Under the pieces are notes generated by a model. That model was not told the origin of the DNA. It saw only the letters and a program-made list of their open reading frames with translations, and did no database searches. Both the position numbers and the translations under genes were made by a program. 64,000 nt of DNA, taken from IMG/VR virus record IMGVR_UViG_3300033073_001149, positions 7,247-71,246 of that record; one strand, 5' to 3'. Origin of the DNA: a virus. Its lineage: Duplodnaviria; Caudoviricetes. Numbering within the stretch: the first letter of the stretch is position 1; the number at the start of each line of letters is the position of its first letter. Below, piece after piece: positions 10,830 to 21,087 of the stretch.

Positions 10830-11849
10830 CTAAGCGTCAGCTAATATGTATAGTCCCGATACGGTAATGTCGCTATCGCCAACAGTAGGGTTGGCTGAAT
10901 TTACCGACCATAAAAGGTCAGCATTACTTACCAATTGTGTGTCTGTTGCTCCCGTTGCTGCTTGGGCTGTCATAGCTACCTTTCGGCTTACTGTTCCAAA
11001 CAAAAATCCATTAGCTGTACTTGTGAATAAAGGTATAGACGAGCCGTCTAATTCAACGTGGCAAACACCATTAGTAGCGTATGCTGCGCTGTTGTAGTCC
11101 ATAGATTGCCATACGTGAATAGGCTGTATAATCTTACCCGCCACAGCACCTACCAACACAACGGGAACGCTATGTCCTGTTAAAACCTCTGCTGTTGGTA
11201 TTGTTACACTAAAATATGCTAAGGTTTGTGCAGCCCCAAGATAAGCCTGTATGCTTGCTTCTAACTTAGCTACGGTAACATTCTCGTCTTTAATTGAGGC
11301 TGTACGCACTGCGTCGGCTGCTATCATTCCAACAGTTACCTTACCTGCGCCTATTGTTACTACGCCCGAATTGCTTATTGTAATATCGCCACTCATAGCT
11401 ACTGCGGTAAACTGTCCGCTACCGTTAGCTACTATAATATAGCCTGCTGTTACTAAGGCTAACTTACCAAGTGTGATAGTATTGTCAACAATATTTGTAT
11501 TAGCCACCACATCGCTAACTGTAAGCGGTGTAGAACTATTAACAACATACGACGTACCATTATATACTGCTGTAAAAATTGTGCCTTTTTGTAGTAACCT
11601 TTCGGGTATTGACGTGCCAAATACGGTAAGCGAACCCGCACCGCCAAAAGCAATATCTGCGTCTAATAAGATATTAAACGAGACCACTCCAACGGGAACA
11701 TCACTTGCCACAACTGTTGCTGCGGCTGTAATTGTTGTGTCCGTATATAAACGATACAGATTAAATACAGACGAGGTGGTAAGGGTTACTGCCCCGCCAC
11801 CCGCTACTGCGCTTAAATCGTGTTCTTCTATGCTAACTGCTTGTGCCAT
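10830..11849 (-). CDS. Virion fibre/decoration protein (339 aa)
   Basis: Val/Thr/Ala-rich; central AMSGDITISNSGVVTIGAGKVT and IKDENVTVAKL fibre-type repeats. Confidence 0.55.
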   Translation of the reverse strand: MAQAVSIEEHDLSAVAGGGAVTLTTSSVFNLYRLYTDTTITAAATVVASDVPVGVVSFNILLDADIAFGGAGSLTVFGTSIPERLLQKGTIFTAVYNGTSYVVNSSTPLTVSDVVANTNIVDNTITLGKLALVTAGYIIVANGSGQFTAVAMSGDITISNSGVVTIGAGKVTVGMIAADAVRTASIKDENVTVAKLEASIQAYLGAAQTLAYFSVTIPTAEVLTGHSVPVVLVGAVAGKIIQPIHVWQSMDYNSAAYATNGVCHVELDGSSIPLFTSTANGFLFGTVSRKVAMTAQAATGATDTQLVSNADLLWSVNSANPTVGDSDITVSGLYILADA

Positions 11850-13765
11850 TATTTTCCTAAGTATTCGATTGAAAAATCTTTGTTTATAATATCGCCTACT
11901 GCCGAACCGTCGCCTTTTGCACTTAATGTATTGGTGCTTGACGTTAAGTTGTTTACCGTTATCGGTGTAGATACCAAGTTCTCATAAGAGTAGATAGTTC
12001 CGCCAATAGCGTCCGTAGCCTTTACCTCTTTTACAAATACCTTTAGGGTAGTTGCGTCCTCACGATATAACTCGTAGTCAAAGTAAACAAATGCTATGGC
12101 TGCTTGGTTGGCTGTTACCGCACTAAAAATAGTAGTGGCATTTACCGCTAAAGAAACAATCTTATTGGTAGTATCTTGGTTTACAGCAAACAAACTTTTA
12201 AAACGTAGTCTGGTTGCATTACTCCCTAACATAGCCGCAGGTAAGGTATAAGTCTTTAAGGTTTCTGCGGTAGTTCCCGTAGTTGCAACGTCGCTAAATT
12301 GGCTGTCCAAAAGGTTAGTCAATCGAGGCTTGTAGTCTATAATAACACCACCGCTTGATGTAGTTGATATTCCAATACCGCTACCCGCAGTCAATCCCGC
12401 ACCTGTTACCGTATAGGTAATGTTAGGTACTGTTCCTGTGGCTACTACTGTAATGTTGGTGTTGCCAACTACAATATCTGAGCTGTATATTGCCGCTTGC
12501 AATGTGCTATCAAGAACATAGTCAACAGTAGTGTTTTGTCCTACTACGGTTTCTGTTAGTGTTAATGAGCCATCGCTGCTTGTAAAGGTAAATGTTCCGT
12601 TTTGAGAACCAATAGGAATAACCAAAGTAGGCTCTCCTTCGTTACCACAAGTACATTCATCATCGCAATTTAAAGAGGCTTTAAATGCTGCTGTGTATTC
12701 GTCAACTTTAGCCTGTCCGCTACCGCACATTATCGCACCTTGCACCGCTAAATAGTAGCTAACACCTAAAATAAGTTGTTGCCTTAATATAGCCGCTTCG
12801 TTCAAGTAACCATTGCATTGCAGTTGGTCTAAACGGGTTATTGCAGCACGTAGGCAACATTGTAGGTTGCATAGGTTGTTATCAATCTCAACAGGTATAG
12901 CTAAAGCGTCCTCTACCAAGCCTACTATTGTTACAAGGCTTGTCATATTCCAAGTTGCAGTAGTAGCTAAAATAGCCCCGTAAGAACCGCCCGTATAAAC
13001 CGTAGCTGTCTGAACATAGCTTCCGCTTGATGTTACGGGGCTTGGTATTGGGTTAAGGGTATTAGGGTAGTTTAATGTCAGCAACCTGCTCAATGAGGGG
13101 CTTATGCCATTAACTGTATATATCGTGTTGTCCGTAGCTTTTACATAGAACCCAAATGGGCTAACATCGGGGGTAAGTACTCCCGTAGGAAATGTAAAAG
13201 ATAGGTTGTAACCTAATGTAGTAGTGTAATACTGTGTTGCGTTGCTATCGTAAACGGTATAGTTAAAGGTATAGTTGCCTTGCACTAAGTCTGTTGTTCC
13301 GCTTACATACAACAACTGAATAGGTATCTGATTTGCTGTATTAGCCTCTATAAAAATATCGTTTCTGATAAATTTATAGGTAGTGGTATTATCAAAAGCA
13401 ACACCTACCGTACTTGCCAATGTTGCAACCTTAGTCGTTCCATTGTAAGCCGAAATACGTACCGACTGACCTGCGCCTGCACCGCCCGTTGCTAAAAGGT
13501 AATAGTTCTTAAAGTAATCATTTACAGAACTTGCACCTGCCGCAAGGGTTATGTTTGACGTAGAGCCGCCCTGCGCTGTGCCTGTTATTGCAGTAGGTAT
13601 AGTTAGGGTGTTGCTGTATATAACGCTACCGTCGGGGGCTATAATTTCTATATTGCCATTTATGTCCGATACGCTAATACCTTGACCTGCCCAATCCGTA
13701 ACATCTTCAAAATTAAAGTAACCTGTGCTTTTATTGAAAGTTACCTTTAATGAGGGTGTAGCCAT
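11849..13765 (-). CDS. Structural protein, putative fibre dock/fibre (638 aa)
   Basis: Thr/Gly-rich beta regions, GTAQGGSTSNITLAAGAS..DYFK module, Cys cluster (CNLQCC, CDDECTC). Confidence 0.5.
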   Translation of the reverse strand: MATPSLKVTFNKSTGYFNFEDVTDWAGQGISVSDINGNIEIIAPDGSVIYSNTLTIPTAITGTAQGGSTSNITLAAGASSVNDYFKNYYLLATGGAGAGQSVRISAYNGTTKVATLASTVGVAFDNTTTYKFIRNDIFIEANTANQIPIQLLYVSGTTDLVQGNYTFNYTVYDSNATQYYTTTLGYNLSFTFPTGVLTPDVSPFGFYVKATDNTIYTVNGISPSLSRLLTLNYPNTLNPIPSPVTSSGSYVQTATVYTGGSYGAILATTATWNMTSLVTIVGLVEDALAIPVEIDNNLCNLQCCLRAAITRLDQLQCNGYLNEAAILRQQLILGVSYYLAVQGAIMCGSGQAKVDEYTAAFKASLNCDDECTCGNEGEPTLVIPIGSQNGTFTFTSSDGSLTLTETVVGQNTTVDYVLDSTLQAAIYSSDIVVGNTNITVVATGTVPNITYTVTGAGLTAGSGIGISTTSSGGVIIDYKPRLTNLLDSQFSDVATTGTTAETLKTYTLPAAMLGSNATRLRFKSLFAVNQDTTNKIVSLAVNATTIFSAVTANQAAIAFVYFDYELYREDATTLKVFVKEVKATDAIGGTIYSYENLVSTPITVNNLTSSTNTLSAKGDGSAVGDIINKDFSIEYLGK

Positions 13766-13791
13766 TGCTATTTTTTAAGGGTAAAAATAAT

Positions 13792-13822
13792 AAAAAAAGC
13801 GTAGCCAAAAACCACGCTTTTT
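13792..13822 (-). terminator. Rho-independent terminator (bidirectional-looking)
   Basis: AAAAAGCGT(13794-13802)/ACGCTTTTT(13814-13822) stem with A/T runs on both sides. Confidence 0.75.
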
Positions 13823-13845
13823 CAAAAATAAATATATTTTATGTG

Positions 13846-14889
13846 TTACAAGTCAGCAATCTCGTCAACAAGTTCCGAAACTTTCTCTATAACACCTGCC
13901 ATACCTTTCTCATGTAGCATCTTATCGTCTACATAAAAACCATGCAGCTTTTGCTCGTCTACCTTAGAACGGATATGGGTATAGGTACTTTGTAGCTCCT
14001 CAAAAGACTTCTTAACAAAGTAGTCAATTGGGTCTATTCCTATCGGTACATTCAACACAATCTGACCGTTTAACTTTATCACGTTTGCGTCCCTATCTAC
14101 GTTAATGATGCCTGTTTTTTCAGCACGCATTACATAAAACTTACGATTGTGTGATTGGTTTTGGAAGCCCTCAATAAATGCTTTTGGGTCTGAATTTATC
14201 ATTCCGTAAAAAGCGTTCATTATTTGGTGGTCTTCCGCACCCTCTACATTTAGTCCTAATGTTACAGCGTAGGCTTTTAATGCTGCGTTGCCAAGTGGTT
14301 CTTTGTAGGTGTCATAAACAAAGTTAGTTACCTTGCTTACGGTTACAAAACTTGTTACCTTAGCTGTTTCTGCCTTTTCTGTGTTTAGGGCAAAGTAAAG
14401 TTTACGAGTGCCAAAGGGGGCGTTCTCATTATCTCGGCTACGTACATCGTGGTCTAAGAATTGCTTTAGATTGTATGATGTAGGGTGTACGGTTAAGTAA
14501 CCGCCCTCAAACAAAATATCCTCTACTTTCTTAGCCGCTTGTGGGGTTTGCTCGTCTGCAAAGATTGAACTTTCGCCCGGCACATAACGGATAACTTTCT
14601 CTATGTACCTCTTAGCTTTCTCGTCCCAAACAACAGCCATACTTTCACCCGATAGGGCAAAGCGGTTTACCTGATACTTAGCCTCTGAGGCTCGGTCTTT
14701 TTTACGACAAGAGTTGCCCCTTAGTAGTAGTTGGTAAATCTGCGGCTTGTTGTTGATTGACTTTGTACCCTCTTGTGATTTTGGGGTTTGAAATTTTAAT
14801 GAAGCGGGTACTTCTACCTCATGCGCTGACGCTATGCTTCCTTTTGGTGCAGATACAGTTTCCTCTGCTACCACTTTTTCTTTTGCCAT
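13846..14889 (-). CDS. Hypothetical protein downstream of the major capsid gene (347 aa)
   Basis: Long ORF in the morphogenesis operon; function not recognised. Confidence 0.6.
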   Translation of the reverse strand: MAKEKVVAEETVSAPKGSIASAHEVEVPASLKFQTPKSQEGTKSINNKPQIYQLLLRGNSCRKKDRASEAKYQVNRFALSGESMAVVWDEKAKRYIEKVIRYVPGESSIFADEQTPQAAKKVEDILFEGGYLTVHPTSYNLKQFLDHDVRSRDNENAPFGTRKLYFALNTEKAETAKVTSFVTVSKVTNFVYDTYKEPLGNAALKAYAVTLGLNVEGAEDHQIMNAFYGMINSDPKAFIEGFQNQSHNRKFYVMRAEKTGIINVDRDANVIKLNGQIVLNVPIGIDPIDYFVKKSFEELQSTYTHIRSKVDEQKLHGFYVDDKMLHEKGMAGVIEKVSELVDEIADL

Positions 14890-14913
14890 TTTGTTTTATA
14901 TTTTATATTATTT

Positions 14914-14946
14914 AAAAAATAAGCGGGGCAGCCTAAACCACCCCGC
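14914..14946 (-). terminator. Terminator after the major capsid gene
   Basis: GCGGGG(14923-28)/CCCCGC(14941-46) stem followed by a T run on the minus strand. Confidence 0.75.
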
Positions 14947-14955
14947 AAATTATAT

Positions 14956-16341
14956 TTACGATGCTAAAATGTAAGCCGCTTGACCTGCTGCACGTACTAC
15001 GGGCATAAAGGCTGATTTGTAACGGAACTTGATAACATCTTTACCGTCGTCGGTAGTTTGGAATGGGTTGATAACCGCTTGTTCCATACGTTGACCACGT
15101 TGGTATAACAATTCAACAGAGAACGATTTCTCGCCACCTGCGTTAACACCTGACATCGGGATTAGCAAGCCCTCGTTACGGAATGGCTGACCTACTGATG
15201 CAAGGGTTTGGTAATCGTTAAACAACTCGTAGTTTTTAAAGTTAAATACATAACCTGACCACGATAGTTGTTTGAAGTTAAGCGAAACGAATTTCTCTTG
15301 GTCGCCTGCAAACATACCATAGGTAATAGCACCATTCTTGAAGAAATCGGCTAAGTTAACCTCAATAGAACGGTAAAGATTACCACCCATTAAGCCCATG
15401 TACTCACGTGCGCCTTTGTTAAGCTCAATACCGCTAATCATGCTTTGGAAGTTAGCAACGGTAAAACCGTTAGCCAAAGTATATGATTGAGTGTAGCCGC
15501 TTGCAAGTACCTGTGGAATTACACCGTTGGTAGTTGTAGTAGCGTTGGTAATATCGCTTACGTTAGCGTTGTCGGTAGCTTCTGAAAGCAAGCACAACAA
15601 ATCACGTTGGTTAAGGAACTGAATGTAGGTGTTTTCTTCACCCGATGCTTGCCAATAACGCTTGCCATCAGAAGATGAAATCCATGTTTGAATACCTGCG
15701 GCAGTTTGTGAAATTTCAAACAACTTACGATGCTTGTGCATGTTGTTGTTGTACTCATTCACACGGTATGCCTCAGGATATGGGTCAGAAGAAACCTCAG
15801 GATTGGCAGTACCGATAATTGGTATCTCTTGCGCTGAAATAGCAGGGATAGCGTCGGCTGCAATAAGAGGAACTGCTGTAAATGTACCTGCTGTTGGGTT
15901 TACAGTTTTGATAACCGCTTTAATAAGAGTACCCGCATTTGCGCCTGTTGCAGGGGCTATTTGGATTACGTCGTTAATGTTAGCGGTAAAACCACCTGTG
16001 TAAGTAGAACCCGCAGGGTATGGTGGATTGTACTGTGATATGGTTACACTTTGAGAAGGAGAGGTAGCGGTAATGCTAAAGGTAGCCGATGCACCTGCGG
16101 CTGCGCCTGCGGTAGTTGCTACAATTTTACGCATAATACGGTCTTCTTCAAACCATGTGTGGTAGATTGCGTCTACCTCTTTGGTTAAGCCCATAAGCTC
16201 CATAGCGTCTGTGAAACGTTGGTTGCCGAAACGCTTAACGATAGAAGGGTCTACCGAGGGCATAATGGTATTCGATGCCCAAATAAAATTTGAGGAGGTT
16301 AACTCCGATAAGGCATAACTGCCCGGGGTGAAACTTGCCAT
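14956..16341 (-). CDS. Major capsid protein (461 aa)
   Basis: Size, position after the scaffold gene, a downstream terminator and HK97-like features (HTWFEEDRI early; GITYGMF and FKQLSWSGYVF late). Confidence 0.8.
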   Translation of the reverse strand: MASFTPGSYALSELTSSNFIWASNTIMPSVDPSIVKRFGNQRFTDAMELMGLTKEVDAIYHTWFEEDRIMRKIVATTAGAAAGASATFSITATSPSQSVTISQYNPPYPAGSTYTGGFTANINDVIQIAPATGANAGTLIKAVIKTVNPTAGTFTAVPLIAADAIPAISAQEIPIIGTANPEVSSDPYPEAYRVNEYNNNMHKHRKLFEISQTAAGIQTWISSSDGKRYWQASGEENTYIQFLNQRDLLCLLSEATDNANVSDITNATTTTNGVIPQVLASGYTQSYTLANGFTVANFQSMISGIELNKGAREYMGLMGGNLYRSIEVNLADFFKNGAITYGMFAGDQEKFVSLNFKQLSWSGYVFNFKNYELFNDYQTLASVGQPFRNEGLLIPMSGVNAGGEKSFSVELLYQRGQRMEQAVINPFQTTDDGKDVIKFRYKSAFMPVVRAAGQAAYILAS

Positions 16342-16354
16342 TTCTTAGTTTTTT

Positions 16355-17461
16355 TTATAATCGCCTATCACGGCTTTCGTTAGCTAATATTTGTTCCTTA
16401 GTCAAGTTGGCTTGTTTGTTTGGGTTGTCTGCGGGTCGTGCGTTTATCAAATCCTCATTGACAAAACGCTCCCTTTCATTACTAACCAAATTGTTAGCTA
16501 CTGCTGTAAGAAACTTACTTGGGTTCTTAGCAAATTCAGTTACCATTGCCAACTTCTCTTGATTTATACGTCCACCCTCGTCCGTACAATAAGATAGTAG
16601 CGATACCTTTTTCTGCGCTTCAACCAAATTTTGTTTTTCTGTTGCGTTAAGTTTCCACTCAAATACTTGCGGGATAAGTTTGTCCTTATCTGCGCTGTCT
16701 TGAACGGCAAACTCAAATTTAAGAGCGTCCTTTTCGGCAAAGAATGTATCTACCTCTTTAGAGTGGGTTTCCTCCCACGCCTTTTGTTGGGCAATATAAT
16801 CTTCGGCTGCCTTTTGTCTTTCGTCAACGGGCGGCTCTAACTCTTTTACTTTTTGCGTTTCAAAGAACTGTAATGCTTTTTTAGCTTCTAAGCGTTGTTC
16901 GGCTCTTGCCGCTACTGCCTCGTCGCTATCATCATCTGCGTCGTAGCTGCCGTATTTCTTGTTAAATAAAGCGTCTACTTCCCTCTGTGTTAGTTCGGGG
17001 TTGTCCTCAATAAGTTTTAACTTAATAAGGTCGTCCTCTTTGTATTGTGTGTAGTCTTTAGATTGGTACTCTAAGAACTTCTTAGGGTCGCCACCTTTTG
17101 CTACGTATTCGTCAAGTTGTTTTGCAAACTCGCTTTTATATTCTTTAGGGGAGTTGGCTTTAGCTATTAAAGCGTCTATCTCCTCTTTACTCTTTACTCT
17201 GCCGTCTGTCAGTTCGGCTAATATTTCGCTTACTGACTTTTCTGCTTTAGGCTCTACCTTTGGTTGTTCCGCAGGTTGTTCCTCTTTTTTTGGCTCAATA
17301 GGTTGTTCTACCTTTTGTTCTACCACTCCCTCTGCCTTTGGTTCGGGTGTTGGTAGTTCTTGTCCATTACCTACTGCCATTGCCTCTTTCAGCACATTTG
17401 GGTCTATCGCAGGAGCATTACTAACAAAGTCAGCAACATTGCTCTCTAACTCATTTTCCAT
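16355..17461 (-). CDS. Capsid scaffolding-like protein (368 aa)
   Basis: Highly acidic, Glu/Pro/Lys-rich disordered N-terminus, then helical; directly upstream of the capsid gene. Confidence 0.6.
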   Translation of the reverse strand: MENELESNVADFVSNAPAIDPNVLKEAMAVGNGQELPTPEPKAEGVVEQKVEQPIEPKKEEQPAEQPKVEPKAEKSVSEILAELTDGRVKSKEEIDALIAKANSPKEYKSEFAKQLDEYVAKGGDPKKFLEYQSKDYTQYKEDDLIKLKLIEDNPELTQREVDALFNKKYGSYDADDDSDEAVAARAEQRLEAKKALQFFETQKVKELEPPVDERQKAAEDYIAQQKAWEETHSKEVDTFFAEKDALKFEFAVQDSADKDKLIPQVFEWKLNATEKQNLVEAQKKVSLLSYCTDEGGRINQEKLAMVTEFAKNPSKFLTAVANNLVSNERERFVNEDLINARPADNPNKQANLTKEQILANESRDRRL

Positions 17462-17482
17462 ATATTTTATATTATTTTACAA

Positions 17483-17548
17483 CAAAAATAGGATTAGCTA
17501 TTGTTTATTAAATATTTGTGATTAAGTTTGTACCGTTATAGGGAAACC
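17483..17548. promoter_or_regulatory. Divergent promoters (scaffold operon / HTH-GroES operon) with a GGGAAACC box
   Basis: TATTTTTG on minus (17483-17490), TAAGTTTG on plus (17523-17530), both matching the Bacteroidota TAnnTTTG -7 box; TATAGGGAAACC at 17537-17548. Confidence 0.6.
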
Positions 17549-17550
17549 AA

Positions 17551-17796
17551 ATGGAATTAGACGAACACATTATTATAGCCTACAACAATACGTTGGCAAA
17601 AAACATTCAAGCCCAAATGAACAAGAGGGGGATTAACACCCCCGCTAAACTTGCTGTTCTTACAGGAGTTAGAAAAGACAGCCTCTACGGTGTTCTCTGT
17701 AACAGGCACTACGCACAAGGGCTTAGGCTTTCAAGCATTATAAAACTTGAAATGTTTTTTGGGTTAGAGAAAGGCGAATTACTAAAAGAAAAATAA
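17551..17796 (+). CDS. Cro/XRE-type helix-turn-helix regulator (81 aa)
   Basis: INTPAKLAVLTGVRKDSLYGVL...LSSIIKLEMFFG XRE HTH pattern. Confidence 0.7.
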   Translation: MELDEHIIIAYNNTLAKNIQAQMNKRGINTPAKLAVLTGVRKDSLYGVLCNRHYAQGLRLSSIIKLEMFFGLEKGELLKEK

Positions 17797-17798
17797 AT

Positions 17799-18074
17799 AT
17801 GGAAACTACATTTAAACCATTAGCTGACAGGGTATTATTGCTGCCCGACGCTGTTGAAGAAAAAACACAGTCGGGGCTTTATCTTCCGCAACAGGCAATT
17901 AAAAATCCACCAAAAGGCACAGTAATAGCTATTGGTAAAGGGTTTAACAACTACGAAATGACAGTCAGCGTTGGCGACCATGTTTTACACGCAGAGGGGG
18001 TTGGTATGCGAATAACCCTTGACGGTGTTGAGTATATCCTATTACGTGAAATGGAAATTCTTGGTGTTCTATGA
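17799..18074 (+). CDS. groES: Co-chaperonin GroES (91 aa)
   Basis: FKPLADRVLL...EEKTQSGLYLP...KGTVIAIGKG...VGDHVL...DGVEYILLREMEILGVL, canonical Cpn10 signature. Confidence 0.92.
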   Translation: METTFKPLADRVLLLPDAVEEKTQSGLYLPQQAIKNPPKGTVIAIGKGFNNYEMTVSVGDHVLHAEGVGMRITLDGVEYILLREMEILGVL

Positions 18075-18346
18075 TAGACGCTTCACCGCACTTTGGAATA
18101 ATCAGGGTTCTCAAAATAGGGCACGACCCCCGTAACGCTATGGCTCACACCGTTGGGCAAAAGCACGAAATACAAGGAACTACCGTTGAAATAGTAGATA
18201 TTACCGTTGACAGGTTTAACGCTGAAAATTATTCCGTTGTTACCTTTAACGTATTTGCTGAAATAAACGGCAAGCAGTTCCTTTGGAAACAATATATGAA
18301 CCAACCTTACAGCATAGAATACTTTATACCAAATGAAAACGCTTAA
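18071..18346 (+). CDS. Hypothetical protein in the GroES operon (91 aa)
   Basis: ATGA-coupled to groES; beta-rich sequence. Confidence 0.6.
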   Translation: MIDASPHFGIIRVLKIGHDPRNAMAHTVGQKHEIQGTTVEIVDITVDRFNAENYSVVTFNVFAEINGKQFLWKQYMNQPYSIEYFIPNENA

Positions 18347-19010
18347 AAACATATTTTACGTATCTATTGATACTGCCGAAGATGAATTTGTAAAAAGAGG
18401 CGACGGCTCTAACACGGGTTTAATTTGGTTAGAAAGTTCTTCTTTTAGCAAGTATCAGTTCCGCAACCAAAAGGCTACCATAGCTATTGTCCCCGAACAC
18501 TACGACCTATTTAACGAAACAGCATACGGCAAAATGCCGCTTATGAATGTAGAACTTAAAGTGGGCGATACGGTTTATGTAAATCACTTTACTGCCGATA
18601 AGGACTTTGAGGAAATAGTAGACGGCAACCCATTGTATCGTTGTCTTTACTCTCAAATATTCATATTGGAACGTGATGGGGAACTAATACCTATGCACAC
18701 CTATAACCTTGTAGAGCCAATCCTGCATACCTCTGACGTTCAAACTACCGAGAGTGGTATCATTACCTCGCTTAATGGCAAATACGTTACAGAGAAAGAC
18801 GCTAACGGCAAAGACTACCAAAAGTTTGTAAACGAGAAATACGTAAAAGGTAAAGGTATCGTTAGGGCTGTTGGAAATCTAAGCGCAGATGTTTTAGGTA
18901 TAAAAGAGGGCGACGAGGTGCATTTGCTACCAAGCTGTGAATACGAAATGGTAATAAACGACAAAATGTATTGGCGTGTGCCTATGGAGTTTATTGTAGC
19001 TACCGTATAG
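18333..19010 (+). CDS. Protein with two divergent GroES-like folds (225 aa)
   Basis: LKVGDTVYVNHF and LVEPI...TTESGII...GIVRAVG...GIKEGDEV...EMVINDKMYWRV each resemble Cpn10 barrels. Confidence 0.6.
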   Translation: MKTLKNIFYVSIDTAEDEFVKRGDGSNTGLIWLESSSFSKYQFRNQKATIAIVPEHYDLFNETAYGKMPLMNVELKVGDTVYVNHFTADKDFEEIVDGNPLYRCLYSQIFILERDGELIPMHTYNLVEPILHTSDVQTTESGIITSLNGKYVTEKDANGKDYQKFVNEKYVKGKGIVRAVGNLSADVLGIKEGDEVHLLPSCEYEMVINDKMYWRVPMEFIVATV

Positions 19011-21087
19011 CCTTACTTCTGTCCCCCGTGTTATCGTATCGGGGTATCTCTATCAAAGGAACATCATTGTTTTTTTTAGGCTTGGTAATAGTTCTTATTG
19101 CTGAAAGGCAATAAACAAATGCAACAACAAGGTCAGATGGCCCCCAATCGTCGGGGTCAAAATCTCTAAAATCCTCTAATAATTGATTAAAGAATATTTT
19201 ACCCATAGCCCCTGTTTCTTCGTTCACACCGACGTTCTCGTATATGTACGACTTGACATAGTTAACCCACGCTTCTCGTACTTCCTTTTGATAGTTAGGT
19301 GTACCCTTCACCAAATTGAGCCAATCGTACTTTCCTGTGGCGGGTTGCCTCGACATAAGATAATGGTAATAGTCGGTATGTGCGAAATGGGTAATTAAGC
19401 CCTCTGCCCTATTATCCTCTGCGTGTAAAGGCCACCCGTAAAACCTTGCTACACACTCCATATCCTTATGATGTATATCCGTATTAGGCAGTCGGCAGCG
19501 ATAGATAAATACAGGCATATTGCTTATCGGGTCTGTACCTAATAACCTTTCTGTATGGTCAAACTTCTGCGATATTCTCCTAAAGCCTATTGCTGCAAAA
19601 TCAGAGCCTTTACCTGTTAAAAACCTCTTGCCTACGGGGTCAACACCTATAACTCCCTCATAGTAATTTTTAGGCAACAGCTTCCCGTTGATTACCTCTA
19701 CTTTATTCCTGTCTTTTGGTTCGGGCAACCATATAACACTAAACCTACCATTTTCTTCATCAGGCCACCAATTTACTATTTGTGGGTTGGTAGTGTCCTC
19801 TAAGAAATTACCCCTCATAACTTTTACCCCGTCAACAGTATTTACGTGGAGGTTATTCCAATCGTACTGCTCTTGGATTTTTACTTGGTCAAAGTCATTC
19901 CCATTATTAATAGTTTGAAAAGCGTCTTTTAGGTCTAATGGGTTGGCTCTCCTTTCGGCAGCTAATGTTTCACCCCTTAAAGGTTTCCTTGTTTCTAAAT
20001 GGTAGTCTATGGCTTGTTCTTGCATAGAATAGCCGTAGTCGTCCATAGTGTATAGCCCCGTTTGTTTGTTGCGTAGCATATACCCATAGTAAGCAGGCAC
20101 AAACAGTCTTTTCATCTTGTTTACTGTCTGCCCGTATTTGTTAATGGCTTTTGAGGGGTCGGCTTCGTTCCACATCTTTAGGAAATTAGCCCCGCCACCT
20201 CGTTCCATTTCACCTACCGTACTTGTGGCAAAAATCTTACCTACTATCTCTCCCTCCTCATATAGACACTTCTCTACAATCTTTAGCCTGTTATAAGCGT
20301 CGCCCTTATTTAACTTACCTATCTCGTCGGATATATGAAACTTTTGAGGGTTGCCATCATAGGCTGTTTCTGTTGAAGCCCTAAAGTCTAACACACTATT
20401 TAATACCGTATTGTAAACCTTTTTTTGCTCTTTAATATTACGGCTTGACGGTTCTTCAAACTCTATCCTATCTCTTGGGTTAGATACGCCTGTATCAATA
20501 GGCTTGAAGAAATAAGGTAGCTTTCTCCACCCGTTAACTACTTTTTTAAATAACTCTTTGGCACTTGCGTCGTCCTTACTCTGTATTCCGCATTGAGCAT
20601 AAGGGGTACTTGTTGCTACATCTAATTCCGTAGCCCCCGCTAAAAATGACTTGCCAATACGTCGGTAAGAGTTCAATATCCCCCCGATACATAAAGGGTC
20701 TTTCTCTATCAAGTCCCACCAATAGAAAATATCTCTGTGTGCGTCCGTCCACTTAAAATACTTTCCGTCAGCGTAGAAATGCGCCAATAGAAAATAATGG
20801 TGTCCTGTAATGTACTCTAAGTTCCCGTTGTTGTAAAACCAATAGCCGTTCTTTCGCCTATCCCACTCCCTTGTTATTATTTCCATTTGTTCTTCTTCGG
20901 AACGGAACTCTAAATCGGGTGGTATTATCTCTCGTTCCCACTTTTGTTTGTGTTTGGGTAACTTTGAGTTAGCTATTGCCTTTTTATTTGGCGGGTCGGG
21001 TAGGTAAAAGGTGTATTCGCCAACAGTCCTTTCTTGTTGGAATTTATTGTACTTAGGAAATAATATATAGCCTTTATGATTTTCCAC
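19000..21087 (-). CDS. terL: Terminase large subunit (695 aa)
   Basis: Walker A YRRIGKS, Walker B ISDEIGK, nuclease GVDP and late D-LVVA motifs. Confidence 0.88.
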   Translation of the reverse strand: MENHKGYILFPKYNKFQQERTVGEYTFYLPDPPNKKAIANSKLPKHKQKWEREIIPPDLEFRSEEEQMEIITREWDRRKNGYWFYNNGNLEYITGHHYFLLAHFYADGKYFKWTDAHRDIFYWWDLIEKDPLCIGGILNSYRRIGKSFLAGATELDVATSTPYAQCGIQSKDDASAKELFKKVVNGWRKLPYFFKPIDTGVSNPRDRIEFEEPSSRNIKEQKKVYNTVLNSVLDFRASTETAYDGNPQKFHISDEIGKLNKGDAYNRLKIVEKCLYEEGEIVGKIFATSTVGEMERGGGANFLKMWNEADPSKAINKYGQTVNKMKRLFVPAYYGYMLRNKQTGLYTMDDYGYSMQEQAIDYHLETRKPLRGETLAAERRANPLDLKDAFQTINNGNDFDQVKIQEQYDWNNLHVNTVDGVKVMRGNFLEDTTNPQIVNWWPDEENGRFSVIWLPEPKDRNKVEVINGKLLPKNYYEGVIGVDPVGKRFLTGKGSDFAAIGFRRISQKFDHTERLLGTDPISNMPVFIYRCRLPNTDIHHKDMECVARFYGWPLHAEDNRAEGLITHFAHTDYYHYLMSRQPATGKYDWLNLVKGTPNYQKEVREAWVNYVKSYIYENVGVNEETGAMGKIFFNQLLEDFRDFDPDDWGPSDLVVAFVYCLSAIRTITKPKKNNDVPLIEIPRYDNTGDRSKAIR

